DNA of 64,000 bases from Candidatus Levyibacteriota bacterium (GTDB lineage: Bacteria > Patescibacteriota > Microgenomatia > Levybacterales > UBA12049): NCBI GenBank assembly GCA_038253825.1, contig JBBSGT010000001.1, positions 11,819-75,818 on the forward strand. Reading direction: 5' to 3'. This document shows positions 1 to 9,183 of the stretch, one piece after another (positions within the stretch are counted from its first letter, which is position 1; every line of letters starts with the position of its first letter). A program made the position numbers and the translations under genes. The notes below the pieces were generated by a model that worked only from the letters and a program-made list of their open reading frames with translations, did not search any database and was not told the origin of the DNA.

Positions 1-35
1 AGTATATTTTTTTTGTTAGTTTTGTTTTCATAAAA

Positions 36-1208
36 TTATTTACTGTATGGAATAATTTGGTTGTTATATAAAGCAGCACCAAACCACAACCAATTTTGTT
101 CATAGTAGCCTATATCATCCCGAAACGTGTTTTGATCATTCGAGTACAATTTTAAGATTTTATCTTGATAAATTTCTTTTGCAACTTCCGGCTTTTCAAC
201 AATAAAATAGCCCATTCCTGCTCCATATGCTGTAGGGCTTTCATATGTTTGCACAGGCGTACCGTTATGTGTATAAGCCGCGTACAATTTGCCGTCTTTT
301 TTATATAACTTATCGATAATAGACAGTGAATCCAGATATGCCTTTGCTCGTGGATCTTTATTCCATATATAATCAAGTGAGATCCGCCAGGGTATTCGTA
401 CTGCATCATAGGAATAATTTGTCGTTAAATTTTGTAAATTAGTTGCACTGAGTTCGCCGGTTTTTTTATCGATCGCTACCCAATCTGGCGCCAAACCTAC
501 TGCATGATCCGCATCAAGTTTATTCTTGCTTGATGTATCTAATAGTGTATATGCGGGTGAAACGAGACTGTTCCAATCATTATTATCAACCTTTGCAAAG
601 ATTTTCCACGCATAAGGAGCGAAGTATGATGGATTAACAATAATTCGTTGCTGATCGCTTGCCCAATTTCCTGCAACAAGATATCGTTTACCATAGGCAG
701 TCGCTGTTTCCTTTTTCCATATATCATGAATAATCATTTTTGCCTGAACAAGATATGATTTTTCATTCCAGCGGTTTGCCGCAAAGACTAAAGCAAGCGC
801 GATATCAGTATCAGCATCAGAGGCTGAGTTATCTCCACCATTTTCTAAAGCACCATAAGTCCCATCGCCCCGTTTTCCCCATCTCCAAGTGAGGAGGGAA
901 TCGTCAGGTCTTTTCATATCAGCTTTTGTCCAGTTCCATACTTTATCAAACGTCTGTTTGTCATCTGACCAAACTGCACGTAATAATGCATAACTTTGCC
1001 CTTCTGAGGTTGTGATACTGTTTTGTGAATAATCAATTACTCGTCCATCAGAATTAATAAATTTTTCTTTATACTTTTCCCATGATGAGGTTAAGGTTGT
1101 ATATCCTGAAAATTGTTCTGTTTGATTATAATGAGAACTCGTCCTGTAAAAAGTAAATGCTAAAAGAGCAATACTTATAATAAGAAAAATAATGCCTAAC
1201 CGTTTCAT
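36..1208 (-). CDS. Glycoside hydrolase family 8 endoglucanase/chitosanase-like, with N-terminal signal anchor
   Basis: 390-aa ORF. It has the GH8 signature motifs 'TSEGQSYALL' and 'ASDADTDIALALVFAANRW' and an N-terminal hydrophobic segment (MKRLGIIFLIISIALLAF). Confidence 0.8.
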   Translation of the reverse strand: MKRLGIIFLIISIALLAFTFYRTSSHYNQTEQFSGYTTLTSSWEKYKEKFINSDGRVIDYSQNSITTSEGQSYALLRAVWSDDKQTFDKVWNWTKADMKRPDDSLLTWRWGKRGDGTYGALENGGDNSASDADTDIALALVFAANRWNEKSYLVQAKMIIHDIWKKETATAYGKRYLVAGNWASDQQRIIVNPSYFAPYAWKIFAKVDNNDWNSLVSPAYTLLDTSSKNKLDADHAVGLAPDWVAIDKKTGELSATNLQNLTTNYSYDAVRIPWRISLDYIWNKDPRAKAYLDSLSIIDKLYKKDGKLYAAYTHNGTPVQTYESPTAYGAGMGYFIVEKPEVAKEIYQDKILKLYSNDQNTFRDDIGYYEQNWLWFGAALYNNQIIPYSK

Positions 1209-1654
1209 GATATTCCTCCTTCTGATACAGTGTCTATAAATTTAGTAAATCTACTTTTTCCTTGGTTGAGAGAAGCATTGAAAAATTTATATATACTTCT
1301 ATTGAGAGATGAAAAAAACAGTTTTATATACTCGGTAGTGTGACTGATGACACTGAAGAGAAAAAACATGCCCGATAGAAAATAAATAAATGAGAGTGTC
1401 TTTTTCGGAAACGTGTCATCATGGTAATATTCCTTAGCAGATACATAAGCAAAATATTTCATATTAGGCACTTGCGATACAAGAGATAGCTTAGTCGATG
1501 TTTGATTTATGTTTTTAATCGTAATATCTTCATTCGGTACTAATAAGGATCGTTGGGAAGCATGAGCAGCCCCGACAAAATGGTGAGATAAAGAAATAAT
1601 AATAACTGCAGAGCAGATATAAAATATTATACTTTTAATAGTTCGATAAAACAT
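1205..1654 (-). CDS. Hypothetical membrane protein, translationally coupled to the GH8 gene
   Basis: 149-aa ORF with two hydrophobic helices. Its stop overlaps the GH8 start (ATGA overlap at 1205-1208). No recognisable motif. Confidence 0.4.
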   Translation of the reverse strand: MFYRTIKSIIFYICSAVIIISLSHHFVGAAHASQRSLLVPNEDITIKNINQTSTKLSLVSQVPNMKYFAYVSAKEYYHDDTFPKKTLSFIYFLSGMFFLFSVISHTTEYIKLFFSSLNRSIYKFFNASLNQGKSRFTKFIDTVSEGGIS

Positions 1655-2009
1655 GAACAGAGTATATTATTATAAGACGCTTATGTCAAGAGGCAATATA
1701 TATTAAATTTACTGGTCCTAGAAATATTTCTTACCACAATTGCTATATGTTAATACAAAGTGTTTCTGAATTAACCCGAAATATATATAATTTTATTACT
1801 TTATTTTTTTGTATAAATATGTAACTACTAATAATATAAGCCTTATTAAATACACATCTATAACATATATAATAGTATACTTATAGCATATGTCGCGTTA
1901 TTATCGCTTGAAGAAATACGAAATACTATCATGATTCTCAAATTCTGATACTATAGACCTATAGAGATTGCTACTTGACATTTAAAAGAACCTATAATAT
2001 AATCCAAAC

Positions 2010-2894
2010 ATGAATAACAAAAAGATTAGAAAAGTTGTCATACCCGCTGCTGGTTTCGGCACCAGATTTTTGCCACAAACAAAAGCAATGCCAAAGGAGA
2101 TGCTGCCCATCGTTGACAAACCAGTTATACAATATGTTGTTGAAGAGGCAATAGCATCAGGGATTGAGGATGTTATTATCGTGACAGGTGCTCTCAAAAG
2201 AGCGATAGAAGATCATTTCGACAGTCCGAATGCAGACCTTATTCAAAATCTTGTTGCAGGAGGGAAAGACAAACTCCTTGAAGAAACCCGAAAGCTTTCA
2301 GCATTGGCCAATTTTATCTATATCCGTCAGCAAGGCATGTATGGCAATGGCACACCTGTATTATCTGCGGAGCCAGTTATCGAAAAAGAACCTTTTGCAG
2401 TTATGTGGGGCGATGAGTTCATTTATAGTACGCCTCCAAGACTTGCTCAAATGATAAAAGTATATGAAAAATATGGTGGAGCAGTTATTTCAGCCGTAAG
2501 AATTAATAGGGAAGCAGATTTAGTGCGCTACGGAATCGCTGATGTCGAGAAAGTAGACGGTAATGTTTTCAAAATTAAAAAAATTGTTGAAAAACCAGAA
2601 CTTGGGACAGCGCCATCAAATCTTGCAACCCATGGTGCATATATTCTCCCGCCTGAAATTTTTGAAATCTTACGCAATCAAAAACCAGGAAAAGGTGGAG
2701 AAATCTATTTACCTGAAGCAATTGATGCGCTTATCAAAACAGGCTATCCAGTCTATGCATGTGAAATCGAAAATGGAAAATATTATGATACCGGCAACAA
2801 GCTGGAGTATATGAAAACTACCGTTGAATTAGCTTTACAACATAAGGATTTAAATGGAGAGTTCAGACAATTTCTCAAAGACCTAAAGCTTTAA
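2010..2894 (+). CDS. galU: UTP--glucose-1-phosphate uridylyltransferase
   Basis: 294 aa. The N-terminal nucleotidyltransferase motif 'KVVIPAAGFGTRFLP...KEMLPIVDKPVIQYVVEEA' is typical of GalU. Confidence 0.9.
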   Translation: MNNKKIRKVVIPAAGFGTRFLPQTKAMPKEMLPIVDKPVIQYVVEEAIASGIEDVIIVTGALKRAIEDHFDSPNADLIQNLVAGGKDKLLEETRKLSALANFIYIRQQGMYGNGTPVLSAEPVIEKEPFAVMWGDEFIYSTPPRLAQMIKVYEKYGGAVISAVRINREADLVRYGIADVEKVDGNVFKIKKIVEKPELGTAPSNLATHGAYILPPEIFEILRNQKPGKGGEIYLPEAIDALIKTGYPVYACEIENGKYYDTGNKLEYMKTTVELALQHKDLNGEFRQFLKDLKL

Positions 2895-2967
2895 TAACTT
2901 TTATAGCCTCATAGTAATTACTAAATAAACCTATAATATACGTTCAGAGGTCTGAGCAAAAAATATA

Positions 2968-4416
2968 TTATTCAGAAGCTTTAAATTTCTCCAAGGCTCC
3001 CCATTGTTTGCCAATTTTTACATCCACTTCAAGTGGTACGGAAAGAGGGTACACTGAACATAAGACATCCTTTATTGCTGTGATAATTTCATAGAGCTTC
3101 TCTTTGTCAGTATCAGGTATCTCAAACACTAAATCATCATGAATTGTTAAGAGCAGCGAAATGTCTAGAAATTGTGTGAGGATTTTTTGATCAATATCTA
3201 CCATGGATCGGCGCATCAGATCCGCGGCTGTTCCTTGTATTGGATAATTCATGAGAATCCGTCGCATACTGTTATCAATAAATTTCCGCCTTGGATCCTC
3301 AAAGACATACCGTCTACGTCCAAGCAACGTCTCCACAAATCCATGAATTCGAGCGTTTTTGAGGTACATATCATAATAGGTTTTTATATATGGATAGGAA
3401 GCATAAAATTGCTGTATGAATTGTTCTGCATCCTCTTGAGGAATATGAAGACCAGCACTCAGTCCATAGCTGCTCATGCCGTAGATAATACCAAAATTGA
3501 TGGTTTTACCGACTGTTCGTTGTTGTGGTGATACTTGGTCATATGCAACGTCAAATAATCGGCTAGCCGTCAAGCTATGCACATCCTGATCATTTTCAAA
3601 AGCTTTAATCAATTCTTTTTCCTGCGCAAGATGTGCGAGAATTCGAAGCTCTTGTTGCGAATAATCAAAAGAAACAAGTATATGATCCGGGGAAGCGATA
3701 AAGCATGATTTGATCTCAAGTCCGATCTCGGATGAAACAGGAATGTTTTGCAAATTTGGATTTGAAGAAGCAATGCGTCCGGTATTCACGAGTACTTGGT
3801 TATATGTTGTATGGATTCTACTTTCTTCATCCACTTTTTGAATAAGGCTTTCAACATATGTCGAGCGTAGTTTGGTTAACTCGCGGTATGTTAAAAGATT
3901 GGCAATAATAGGAAACTCCTGCACAAACCGTGAAAGTTCTCCTTCGTTTGTAGCATATCTTCCAGTTTTTGTTCTTCCCAGTGGAATACCCATTTTTTCA
4001 GCCAAAAAAGTACCTAGTTGTATCGGAGAATTAATACTAATATCGCTGCCTATTTCTGCAATTATCTTTCCTTCAACTTCGCTTATCAGTTGATCTATAT
4101 TTTTACCAACTTGCGACAAATGATTCGTATCGAGCAAAATCCCTCGTTGTTCCATTTGCCAGAGTACCTTCGAGAGGGGCATTTCGATATCATAGAAAAG
4201 AGATTTTAGCTTCGGATATGTCTCAAGTTTTTCTTTCTGTTTCTGGGCAAGCTCCACAACTGTGGTAGCGCTATACCGTTTCATTGTTTCATCAAGCGTC
4301 CCAAAAGAATGGCCTTCAGCCAACAGAGCTTCAGCAATGTAACAATCAAAGTCAGTATCAAAATTATTGGAAGTTTTACTGTCCCACACTGGATTTCTCA
4401 TGGAGCTAGTATACAC
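2968..4416 (-). CDS. polA: DNA polymerase I, polymerase (family A) domain only; lacks 5'-3' exo and 3'-5' exo domains
   Basis: 482 aa with family-A motifs 'RIASSNPNLQNIP' (motif A region), 'FDYSQQELRILAHL' and 'VLTIHDDLVFE' (motif C). The N-terminus begins inside the region normally following the exonuclease domains. The flanking ORF is a divergent csp gene, so no adjacent N-terminal fragment exists. Confidence 0.85.
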   Translation of the reverse strand: MYTSSMRNPVWDSKTSNNFDTDFDCYIAEALLAEGHSFGTLDETMKRYSATTVVELAQKQKEKLETYPKLKSLFYDIEMPLSKVLWQMEQRGILLDTNHLSQVGKNIDQLISEVEGKIIAEIGSDISINSPIQLGTFLAEKMGIPLGRTKTGRYATNEGELSRFVQEFPIIANLLTYRELTKLRSTYVESLIQKVDEESRIHTTYNQVLVNTGRIASSNPNLQNIPVSSEIGLEIKSCFIASPDHILVSFDYSQQELRILAHLAQEKELIKAFENDQDVHSLTASRLFDVAYDQVSPQQRTVGKTINFGIIYGMSSYGLSAGLHIPQEDAEQFIQQFYASYPYIKTYYDMYLKNARIHGFVETLLGRRRYVFEDPRRKFIDNSMRRILMNYPIQGTAADLMRRSMVDIDQKILTQFLDISLLLTIHDDLVFEIPDTDKEKLYEIITAIKDVLCSVYPLSVPLEVDVKIGKQWGALEKFKASE

Positions 4417-4462
4417 CCAATGGACTATAAAATTTCTAATAATTTCCCTATTTCAAAATTTC

Positions 4463-4471
4463 TGATATAAT
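4463..4471 (+). promoter_or_regulatory. Putative extended -10 promoter element (TGaTATAAT) for the cold-shock gene
   Basis: A perfect TATAAT at 4466-4471 is preceded by TG at 4463-4464. An RBS 'AAGGAGAA' lies at about 4483-4490 upstream of the ATG at 4498. Confidence 0.4.
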
Positions 4472-4497
4472 CAAAGATAAGAAAGGAGAAGTAATCT

Positions 4498-4695
4498 ATG
4501 AAAGGAACAATCAAAACAAAGCTGGACAAGGGATTTGGGTTCATTAGTCGCGAAGGCGAATCTAAGGATCTTTTTTTTCATTCCAATGATTTGCAGGGAA
4601 TTACCTTTGATGAAATTCAAGTAGGTGACACTGTTACCTTTGAAATCGTCAATGGCGATCGAGGTCCAAGCGCAAAAAATGTAGCACGCGCTTAG
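4498..4695 (+). CDS. Cold-shock protein (CspA family, S1-like OB fold)
   Basis: 65 aa. 'KGFGFISREG...DLFFHSNDL' contains the RNP1/RNP2-like motifs of the CspA family. Confidence 0.9.
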   Translation: MKGTIKTKLDKGFGFISREGESKDLFFHSNDLQGITFDEIQVGDTVTFEIVNGDRGPSAKNVARA

Positions 4696-4713
4696 TCGCT
4701 TAGCTAATTTACT

Positions 4714-4741
4714 CAAAAAGCTCCGCAAGGGGCTTTTTTTG
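4714..4741 (+). terminator. Rho-independent terminator after csp
   Basis: Hairpin AAAAAGCTCC-GCAA-GGGGCTTTTT, followed by a T-run (GGGGCTTTTTTTG). Confidence 0.6.
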
Positions 4742-4830
4742 TATTATATGTGGATTTAGGCATCCTTGCAGATTATGTTTCCCTGAACGATACCTGAAAC
4801 GCAGTGATGCCAAACTTGTGCCACAAAACC

Positions 4831-5286
4831 TTACTTGAATGCAACAATAACGGTGGGCAATCTAACGCCACTTTGAGGTTGCCATGTGACTCGATTTTCA
4901 CCTAATCTATCGGAGTCTTTGTGGCCAGATAAAGCGCCTTTTGACAGAGTGGGTTTGGGGCCGTTCAAAACCGTGTTTGAATTTATTATATGTCCATTGG
5001 AATCGTAGATAGTAGTGAAAGGTGAAAGACTTCGCGCGATATCAATGCTTCCTGAAATTGTTGCTTTTCCATCATGATCGAGTGTAACAGCCAAATCCTC
5101 AGCCATTTGGATCTGTGGGTCATTTGCGCTCATGCGGATATCGTGTTGGACAACAAAAGACGAGTGCTGAAATTCCAGTTGCGAGTGGTATCCAAAGACG
5201 TATGACGCGGATAAAATGAGAATCCATGTATTTGTTATATCGCAAAACGATATATTATCAATTGATATATATTTAATTACTCCCAT
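4831..5286 (-). CDS. Hypothetical protein with N-terminal hydrophobic segment
   Basis: 151-aa ORF downstream of the HK/RR operon on the same strand. No recognisable motif. Confidence 0.35.
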   Translation of the reverse strand: MGVIKYISIDNISFCDITNTWILILSASYVFGYHSQLEFQHSSFVVQHDIRMSANDPQIQMAEDLAVTLDHDGKATISGSIDIARSLSPFTTIYDSNGHIINSNTVLNGPKPTLSKGALSGHKDSDRLGENRVTWQPQSGVRLPTVIVAFK

Positions 5287-5336
5287 CCAGAGAGAAACGA
5301 GTTTTTCCTCCCGTTTCTCTCTTTAGAGATTGATGA

Positions 5337-5621
5337 TTAATTATTATCCTCTCCTTCTTTTACCCGTTGTTTATCAGGTTGCTCTTTTTCACCACTATCA
5401 GCTGTCTGATTTGTAGCTTTTGCTTGATTCTGATTTACCGCATCATCTTGCGTTTCTTTATCAGGACTAGCTTGTTGCGGGGTCGTAGTAACCGACGCAG
5501 CGTGAGCAGTAATGGGTCCACTATGAGAAATAGTATATGTTGCTCCTGCGATACCTACTATTGCTAACGCAATGACTGGGATGACAATTTTCTTATTAAA
5601 TTTTTCTTGCATACTTATCAC
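5337..5621 (-). CDS. Small membrane-anchored protein with low-complexity tail
   Basis: 94 aa. One N-terminal TM helix (IVIPVIALAIVGIAGATYTI) is followed by a Gln/Thr/Asp/Glu-rich tail. It lies immediately downstream of the histidine kinase gene. Confidence 0.4.
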   Translation of the reverse strand: MISMQEKFNKKIVIPVIALAIVGIAGATYTISHSGPITAHAASVTTTPQQASPDKETQDDAVNQNQAKATNQTADSGEKEQPDKQRVKEGEDNN

Positions 5622-5684
5622 CTCCTTTCTGTATTAATTCTAGAGAAATAGAGATGAGAGGAAGGTGGGAATAGATTAAGAATC

Positions 5685-6689
5685 TTAGGCTTTGGGGAGA
5701 ATAATAGTAAAAGTAGACCCCTGCTTTACCTTTGAATCGATTAGTATTTTTCCGTTATGTCTTGCAATAATTGTTCTCACAATGGCAAGTCCAAGACCAT
5801 ATCCTTTGGGTTGCGATCGGGAAGCATCAACCCGATAGAAGCGTCTCATGATTTTTTTTATATCAGAAGTATTTATACCAATTCCTGTATCTTGAATTGC
5901 AATAACTACCATATTCTTACGCTCGGTTATAGTAATCTTAATCTTGCCGCGTTCAGACGTATAGATAATCGCGTTATCAAGTAAATTATAAAAGAGTTGC
6001 CGAAGTAATACAGGATGACCTTTAACAGTATGGGAATTAATAAATTCTTTAACGAGTAAAGAAATAGTAATATGTTTTTGATTAGCTTTCGTTTGTAATG
6101 CTTGGGTAATACTGTTGATAATATCCGTAATATCAACATTCTCAAAAGACAAAGGCTGAGAGTTTTGATCATTCTTTGCTAAAAAAAGAAGATTCTCCAC
6201 GAGTGCTGATAAGCGATTTATCTCTTCCCTTGTGCTTAACAAGGTTCTTCTGTAATCATCTGCATGTCTTTTTTTATTGAGTGTGACATCAATTTCTCCA
6301 CCAATAATCGCAAGAGGTGTACGCATTTCATGAGATGCATCAGAAACAAATTGTTTTTGTCTCTCATGAGCTTCAAATACGGGAGCAAGTGTTTTTTTTG
6401 CTAAAAACCATGAAGTAATTGGAATAAGAAAGAGTAATCCGAGATTCAGTGCAATAAGTATGTCTCGCAATTGATCCAGAGCAACATCTCCTGCAATAGT
6501 AACAACTTTCGCATTCTTACTAAATATATCAGCATCATTTTCGCCATGTCGATGCTGAACTTGACTAATATATCCTTCACCAAAAGAGTTATTCATCCAA
6601 ATATACAACCCGGAGCTAAACACCCAAAAAAGAGCTATAAAGAGGACTGAATAATATATCGTTAACTTTATTTGTGCTCTTTGAAACAT
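5685..6689 (-). CDS. Two-component sensor histidine kinase
   Basis: 334 aa. Two N-terminal TM helices. H-box 'SHEMRTPL', ATPase motifs 'DTGIGI' and 'GYGLGLAIV'. Confidence 0.85.
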   Translation of the reverse strand: MFQRAQIKLTIYYSVLFIALFWVFSSGLYIWMNNSFGEGYISQVQHRHGENDADIFSKNAKVVTIAGDVALDQLRDILIALNLGLLFLIPITSWFLAKKTLAPVFEAHERQKQFVSDASHEMRTPLAIIGGEIDVTLNKKRHADDYRRTLLSTREEINRLSALVENLLFLAKNDQNSQPLSFENVDITDIINSITQALQTKANQKHITISLLVKEFINSHTVKGHPVLLRQLFYNLLDNAIIYTSERGKIKITITERKNMVVIAIQDTGIGINTSDIKKIMRRFYRVDASRSQPKGYGLGLAIVRTIIARHNGKILIDSKVKQGSTFTIILPKA

Positions 6690-6690
6690 G

Positions 6691-7367
6691 TTATTGTATT
6701 TTTAATATATAGCCTGATCCGCGCATTGTGTGGATTAATTCTTTATCAGTTTTCTTAACTTGAATTTTTTTACGGAGGTATTTGATGTATGTTTCAACAA
6801 TATTTGAAAGGCCGTTGTAATTATAGTCCCATACATGTTCAAGTAGTTCTGTTTTTGTAATAACATTATTTTGATGACGCATCAAATATTCAAGAAGTGC
6901 ATATTCACGTGTTGTAAGAACAATCATTTGATCATCTCGTTGTGCCATTCTGGTTGCGGGATCAAGGATAAGATTATCGATGCGTAAGATTACCGGATCA
7001 GCTTTTTTACCTCTACGGATAAGCGCTCTTAATCGTGCTGAAAGTTCCGTATAAGCAAAGGGCTTGGTAAGATAGTCATCAGCACCTGCATCAAGCCCAG
7101 TAACTCTATCTTCAATAGCATCCTTAGCTGTTAAAATAAGAATGGGAATAGACGCATTTTTCTTGCGAATAGCCCGACAAACAGACAGTCCATCACCTAT
7201 GGGTATCATAAGATCGAGAATTATGCAGTCATAAGCGTTAATTTCAAATTTGTATAATGCTTCAACTCCCGACACGGCAATATCAGCCACATAACTTTCT
7301 TCTGTAAAACCACGCCTGAGAAAATTTGCTATTTTTTCTTCATCTTCCACGATAAGTATTTGCATAC
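6691..7367 (-). CDS. OmpR-family response regulator
   Basis: Receiver motifs 'MQILIVEDEE' and 'DLMIPIGDG', and a C-terminal winged-helix ('...RGSGYILK'). The likely start is the internal ATG (MQIL...), 2 bp from the stop of the HK gene. Confidence 0.85.
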
Positions 7368-7450
7368 TGCTATTATAATGGGAGAAACATGAAAACAATA
7401 TGAGAATTTATTTCTCATGTTATTCCCATATTCATAAATTTATAATATTA

Positions 7451-8248
7451 ATGAAGATGAAAAAAGAAGACTCATCATTTGGAAGACGAATGCTGAACAA
7501 AGTCCCCGAAGTAACACTCTATTTTTGGATTATTAAAATTTTATGCACGACTGTAGGGGAGACTGCAGCAGATTTTTTCAATACAACACTCAACTTCGGG
7601 CTCAATGGTACAACTGTCGTGATGGGTATCCTTCTTGTTATCACACTTTTTTTCCAGTTCAAACTCCGGAGATATGTCCCAAGCATCTACTGGTTAGCAG
7701 TTGTCTTAATTAGTATCTTTGGTACGCTTCTTACAGATAATTTAACTGATAAATTAGGAATTAATCTTGCAACGACTACTGTTGTTTTTAGTATTATATT
7801 AGCTATTGTCTTTGCCTTGTGGTACAAAGTTGAAAAGACGTTATCTATTCATACCATAAATAAAATGCGAAGAGAGGGGTTCTATTGGTTAGCAGTATTA
7901 TTTACGTTTGCTTTGGGAACAGCAGCGGGTGATTTAACTGCTGAACAATTTAAACTTGGCTATCTAGTCTCGGTAATTATTTTTGCCGCATTAATCGCAG
8001 TTGTTACAACTGCGCATCTTCGATTTAAATTAAATGCTGTATTAGCATTTTGGATCGCATATATTTTGACTAGACCGCTCGGAGCTTCTATCGGTGACTA
8101 TTTATCACAAGTAAAAAGTGATGGAGGATTAGGTTTAGGAACAGTTGTTACAAGTGTCATTTTCCTATTGACTATTTTGGTGACTGTCATATATTTGACT
8201 GTAACCAAAAAAGATGCTGTAGCTAATAATGAAGAGGCACTCGGTTAG
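7451..8248 (+). CDS. Integral membrane protein, conserved 'PEVTxYFWIIK(I/L)LxTTxGET' family, internal duplication; paralog of 9184..9963
   Basis: About 8 TM helices. The N-terminal motif 'VPEVTLYFWIIKILCTTVGETAADF' and a repeated 'ALGTAAGD' half-motif are shared almost exactly with the ORF at 9184..9963. The start is taken at the internal ATG 7451 (MKMKKED...). Confidence 0.6.
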   Translation: MKMKKEDSSFGRRMLNKVPEVTLYFWIIKILCTTVGETAADFFNTTLNFGLNGTTVVMGILLVITLFFQFKLRRYVPSIYWLAVVLISIFGTLLTDNLTDKLGINLATTTVVFSIILAIVFALWYKVEKTLSIHTINKMRREGFYWLAVLFTFALGTAAGDLTAEQFKLGYLVSVIIFAALIAVVTTAHLRFKLNAVLAFWIAYILTRPLGASIGDYLSQVKSDGGLGLGTVVTSVIFLLTILVTVIYLTVTKKDAVANNEEALG

Positions 8249-8276
8249 TTTTTTTTCTCCTTAAGTTTTCACAATT

Positions 8277-8888
8277 ATGCTTGAAACTTTATCTACATTT
8301 ATTATTCATTTCATCCAATCCATCGGTTACTTTGGCATCTTTATCCTCATGGCATTAGATAGTATGCTCATTCCTATTCCCTCAGAAATTACGATGCCAT
8401 TTGCTGGTTACTTAGCAAGTCAAGGTACGTTATCATTACCGATAGTTATAGTAATGGGCGCTTTAGGAAATGTCGTAGGGTCGTTGCTTGGATATTACAT
8501 TGGTTTTTTCCTTGAAGAGAAAGTATTAGTGGCTTTTATTAATAAATATGGAAAATATATTCTCATTACGGAAAAAGATTATGACAAATCAAAACACTGG
8601 TTTACAAAATATGGGAGCAGCGTTGTTTTTCTTGCCCGATTAGTGCCCGGTGTTCGCACATTTATTTCTCTTGCAGCGGGTATGTTTGCAATGGGGATAA
8701 AGAGATTTTTTATCTATACGCTTCTCGGTTGTCTTATTTGGTCGGCATTGTTAACATATATTGGGTACTATTTAGGAAGTAAATGGGACACGCTTGGACC
8801 TGTGTTTCACAATTTCCAAATAGTTATCGTTGCGACAGTATTAATCGCAATAGGATTGTTCGTTTACCATAAACTGAAAAAGAAATAA
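8277..8888 (+). CDS. DedA/TVP38-family membrane protein
   Basis: 203 aa. DedA signature region 'FGIFILMALDSMLIPIPSEITMPFAGYLASQG' and 'WFTKYGSSVVFLARLVPGVRTFISLAAGM'. Confidence 0.8.
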   Translation: MLETLSTFIIHFIQSIGYFGIFILMALDSMLIPIPSEITMPFAGYLASQGTLSLPIVIVMGALGNVVGSLLGYYIGFFLEEKVLVAFINKYGKYILITEKDYDKSKHWFTKYGSSVVFLARLVPGVRTFISLAAGMFAMGIKRFFIYTLLGCLIWSALLTYIGYYLGSKWDTLGPVFHNFQIVIVATVLIAIGLFVYHKLKKK

Positions 8889-8889
8889 T

Positions 8890-9181
8890 ATGTCTTGGAT
8901 TATTTATGTTTTATTATCAGCGTTCTTTGCTTTTCTCACGGCTATTTTAGCGAAAATCGGTGTGAAGGGTGTTGATTCATAATTAGCAACGGCAATGAGA
9001 ACTATTATTATTTTGCTATTTGCTTGGGGATAGGTAATACGTCTCAAATTGCTCCAATTGATAAATTAAGTCTTATTTTAACATTAATACTCTCATGACT
9101 TATAATAAGTGAAAAAATAGCACCGAACATCATTTTTGGGATCGTCTTAATGGTAACAGGAGCACTTTTTATATCACTGTG
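8890..9181 (+). pseudogene. Degraded EamA/DMT-family small transporter gene (multiple in-frame stops and a frameshift)
   Basis: Translation gives 'MSWIIYVLLSAFFAFLTAILAKIGVKGVDS*LATAMRTIIILLFAWG*', then in another frame 'NTSQIAPIDKLSLILTLILS*LIISEKIAPNIIFGIVLMVTGALFISL*'. This is a typical EamA-domain sequence broken by TAA, TAG and TGA stops. Confidence 0.6.
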
Positions 9182-9183
9182 AA

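Noticed and set aside
152..727. Small ORFs 152..409 and 539..727 inside the GH8 gene.
   Set aside because: Out-of-frame overlaps with a motif-supported longer ORF on the same strand.
1655..2009. AT-rich 350-bp stretch with short direct repeats (tatata / ttatt runs). Considered as a CRISPR leader/array or origin-like element.
   Set aside because: No regularly spaced identical repeats of CRISPR length. It is consistent with an ordinary AT-rich divergent promoter region between the hypothetical operon and galU.
2895..2967. Possible bidirectional terminator between convergent galU and polA (TCAGAggTCTGA).
   Set aside because: The stem would enclose a 2-nt loop. It is not a credible hairpin as written.
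8890..9181. Possibility that the interrupted EamA-like reading frame indicates an alternative genetic code (stop-codon reassignment).
   Set aside because: Three different stop codons (TAA, TAG, TGA) plus a frameshift interrupt it. All conserved genes in the window terminate with standard stops and contain no internal stops.
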